The notes beneath the pieces are model-generated. The model saw nothing but the letters and a program-made list of their open reading frames with translations. It searched no databases and was not told where the DNA came from. The position numbers were made by a program, and so were the translations under genes. DNA of 64,000 nt from Phoronis australis (lineage: Eukaryota > Animalia > Phoronida), in NCBI GenBank assembly GCA_002633005.1, contig NMRA01000568.1:162759-226758 (forward strand), read 5' to 3'. Shown piece after piece: positions 62,372-64,000 of this stretch. Position 1 is the stretch's first letter, and every line of letters starts with the position of its first letter.

Positions 62372-64000
62372 GCTGGATCGATTGACAAAACACGCAGTAA
62401 CACGACAGTAAGAAAACGAACAGTTTGTTGTCTTTTTTGTTGAGAAAAATACGCCCTTGGCCCTACAGTGAAGGTGAGATCTTCAGGCACAAAATGGAAC
62501 ATACTGGCTCCTGACACAGTGACATTTACGAGGATTGAAGTTCTTGAAAATAGGTCACGGTGTCTTGAAAAATGGCTGTTGCGATCCTCGGTTTGAGAAA
62601 TCGTCGCCTGATCACGTCATCTGGAGGTTCCACAAAGAATTTTTAGTAATATCACGCTACAAGAGATGTCGTCAAAAGTTTCAAGTATCAATGCTTCGGA
62701 TCATTTTAAAGAATGTGAATTGACAATCGGGCTCAAATGTTTTTGCTTCGGGACGGAATGAAGTGATAAGTGATCATATGTCTAAACCCAGATAGCATTA
62801 CTACATGTATTTCAGGCAATGCAGTGCATATTCATGATACATGTCTGCATTTAAGGTTGTATTAATCACTTATCGCGTCTTGATGCTCAGGCCTCCAGTT
62901 GGGTAAGTGATGCATCCACACGTTTTAATGAATTACAGTACAGCCACTGAATTATTAGACTTCCACCGGTCTACCTCACGTCTGGACAGACCAGAGCCCA
63001 ACCGGAACACAGGCGTGAGAGAAATCCGTCACGGTTGTCCCATGCCTACTCTCCGGGTAGCTCTCACGCTTACCTCCAGTTTTATTAACGCCTTCCTCAC
63101 GCTTTCCTCACGCCTTTGGTACATGTACATGTACATGTAGCTGTGGTAACATACATGTACGGTACCGTGATGGTGCACCGGGCTAATAAAAATATCATCT
63201 AGATCTGCATGTACAGGTGACGTTGTTTGTGTAGCTGTCGAGTAAGCCGTTGTTTCGGCATTTTATACCACTGAGTTCCGACAAACTCCGCATTTAATCG
63301 TATTTGTCGTACAAACGAACTCCTTTAACTCGTCTGGCGTTACCTTTATGTTGTCCAATTTATTACTGCAAATCATGTCCCATCAACGACTTGACCGTGG
63401 TTAGGTTAGTAAAGTTTAGATCAATTTAGTGGCCTAGGTAAAGACGAACAAACGCGACCCTCTACACTCGTTCATAGCTTACACGGTTGCAGTCTTCACG
63501 AAACTCATTACTGCTGGATATTTATTTCGCCCTAAAAATAGCCCACCCATCTTGCTTGCGCACTCATGTATTGTCTCTCCGTGGATTCTTGCACCGCACT
63601 CAGAGGAACAGAAAATTTCAATGGGCTTGTGTGACAACATGTAACACCCCTACTGCGAGTGCATAATAAGTCTCCAACCCCTTGTGCGGGTTTATTTGTA
63701 GCCCATCCCCTTAGTAGTTCGGTTCCATGTAGTCTACTTGTCTGACTCGTCAGATGGTCGTGTTCACTTTTTCCGTTTTTTTTTGATTCTATTCTGTAGA
63801 CAAATTACTAGTCGTAAATCCCGGGGGTGAATTACAGTACAAAAAAGCTAGTTGAAAAGCTGACCGATAGAAAAGTTCGCATACATTTTACACCGTGGTT
63901 TATCCAATAAAAGACCGGTAGTTAGGGATGTGATAAATACGCAGCAAGATTCTGAAGTAATTTCACCTAAAATATCTGATAGTTTAATGATGTCCGTGAA

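Larger units (their letters stand above)
60470..62430 (+). repeat. Segmental paralog of 46620-47455, 49068-49770 and 53418-53530
   Basis: Shared strings include TTAACATTGAAGTTATTGACTTACTCAGTGGCTGACCCAGGATCATGGGCAAATGCACTT (46811/60656), TGGTTTTCGTCTTTATTGCC and GCAGTAACACGACAGTAAGA. Confidence 0.92.

Noticed and set aside
62159-62517. VCVCVC ORFs
   Set aside because: Translation of the (CA)n microsatellite.

Overview
Gapped draft scaffold from an AT-rich animal genome, probably a marine invertebrate (inferred from GT-AG introns and the repeat content; species not identifiable). N gaps lie at 3113-3259, 9550-9725, 16133-16543, 37897-38633 and 53906-54870. The first ~34 kb is transposon debris: a minus-strand BEL/Pao LTR retrotransposon, a P2X7-ballast-like (Kolobok KolX-type) pseudogene, a 5'-truncated RTE LINE, tRNA-derived SINE heads, degenerate THAP domains, a TTAA-flanked Kolobok-like element and several MITEs. 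The main host feature spans ~34.4-62.2 kb on the + strand and is invisible as a unit in the ORF track: a TATA promoter and signal-peptide exon followed by an array of phase-1 exons. Each encodes one ~45-aa six-cysteine helical module (CxxxC-x11-14-C-x5-CW-x10-14-CxxxC; 10 copies plus one relic). The array also holds one chitin-binding (CBM14-like) exon and two paralogous stop/polyA terminal exons. I do not recognise the module family; a defence, toxin or pheromone role is inference only. Paralog comparison also shows TA to TACATGTA indels matching Tc1/mariner excision footprints. All alignments and translations were done by eye.
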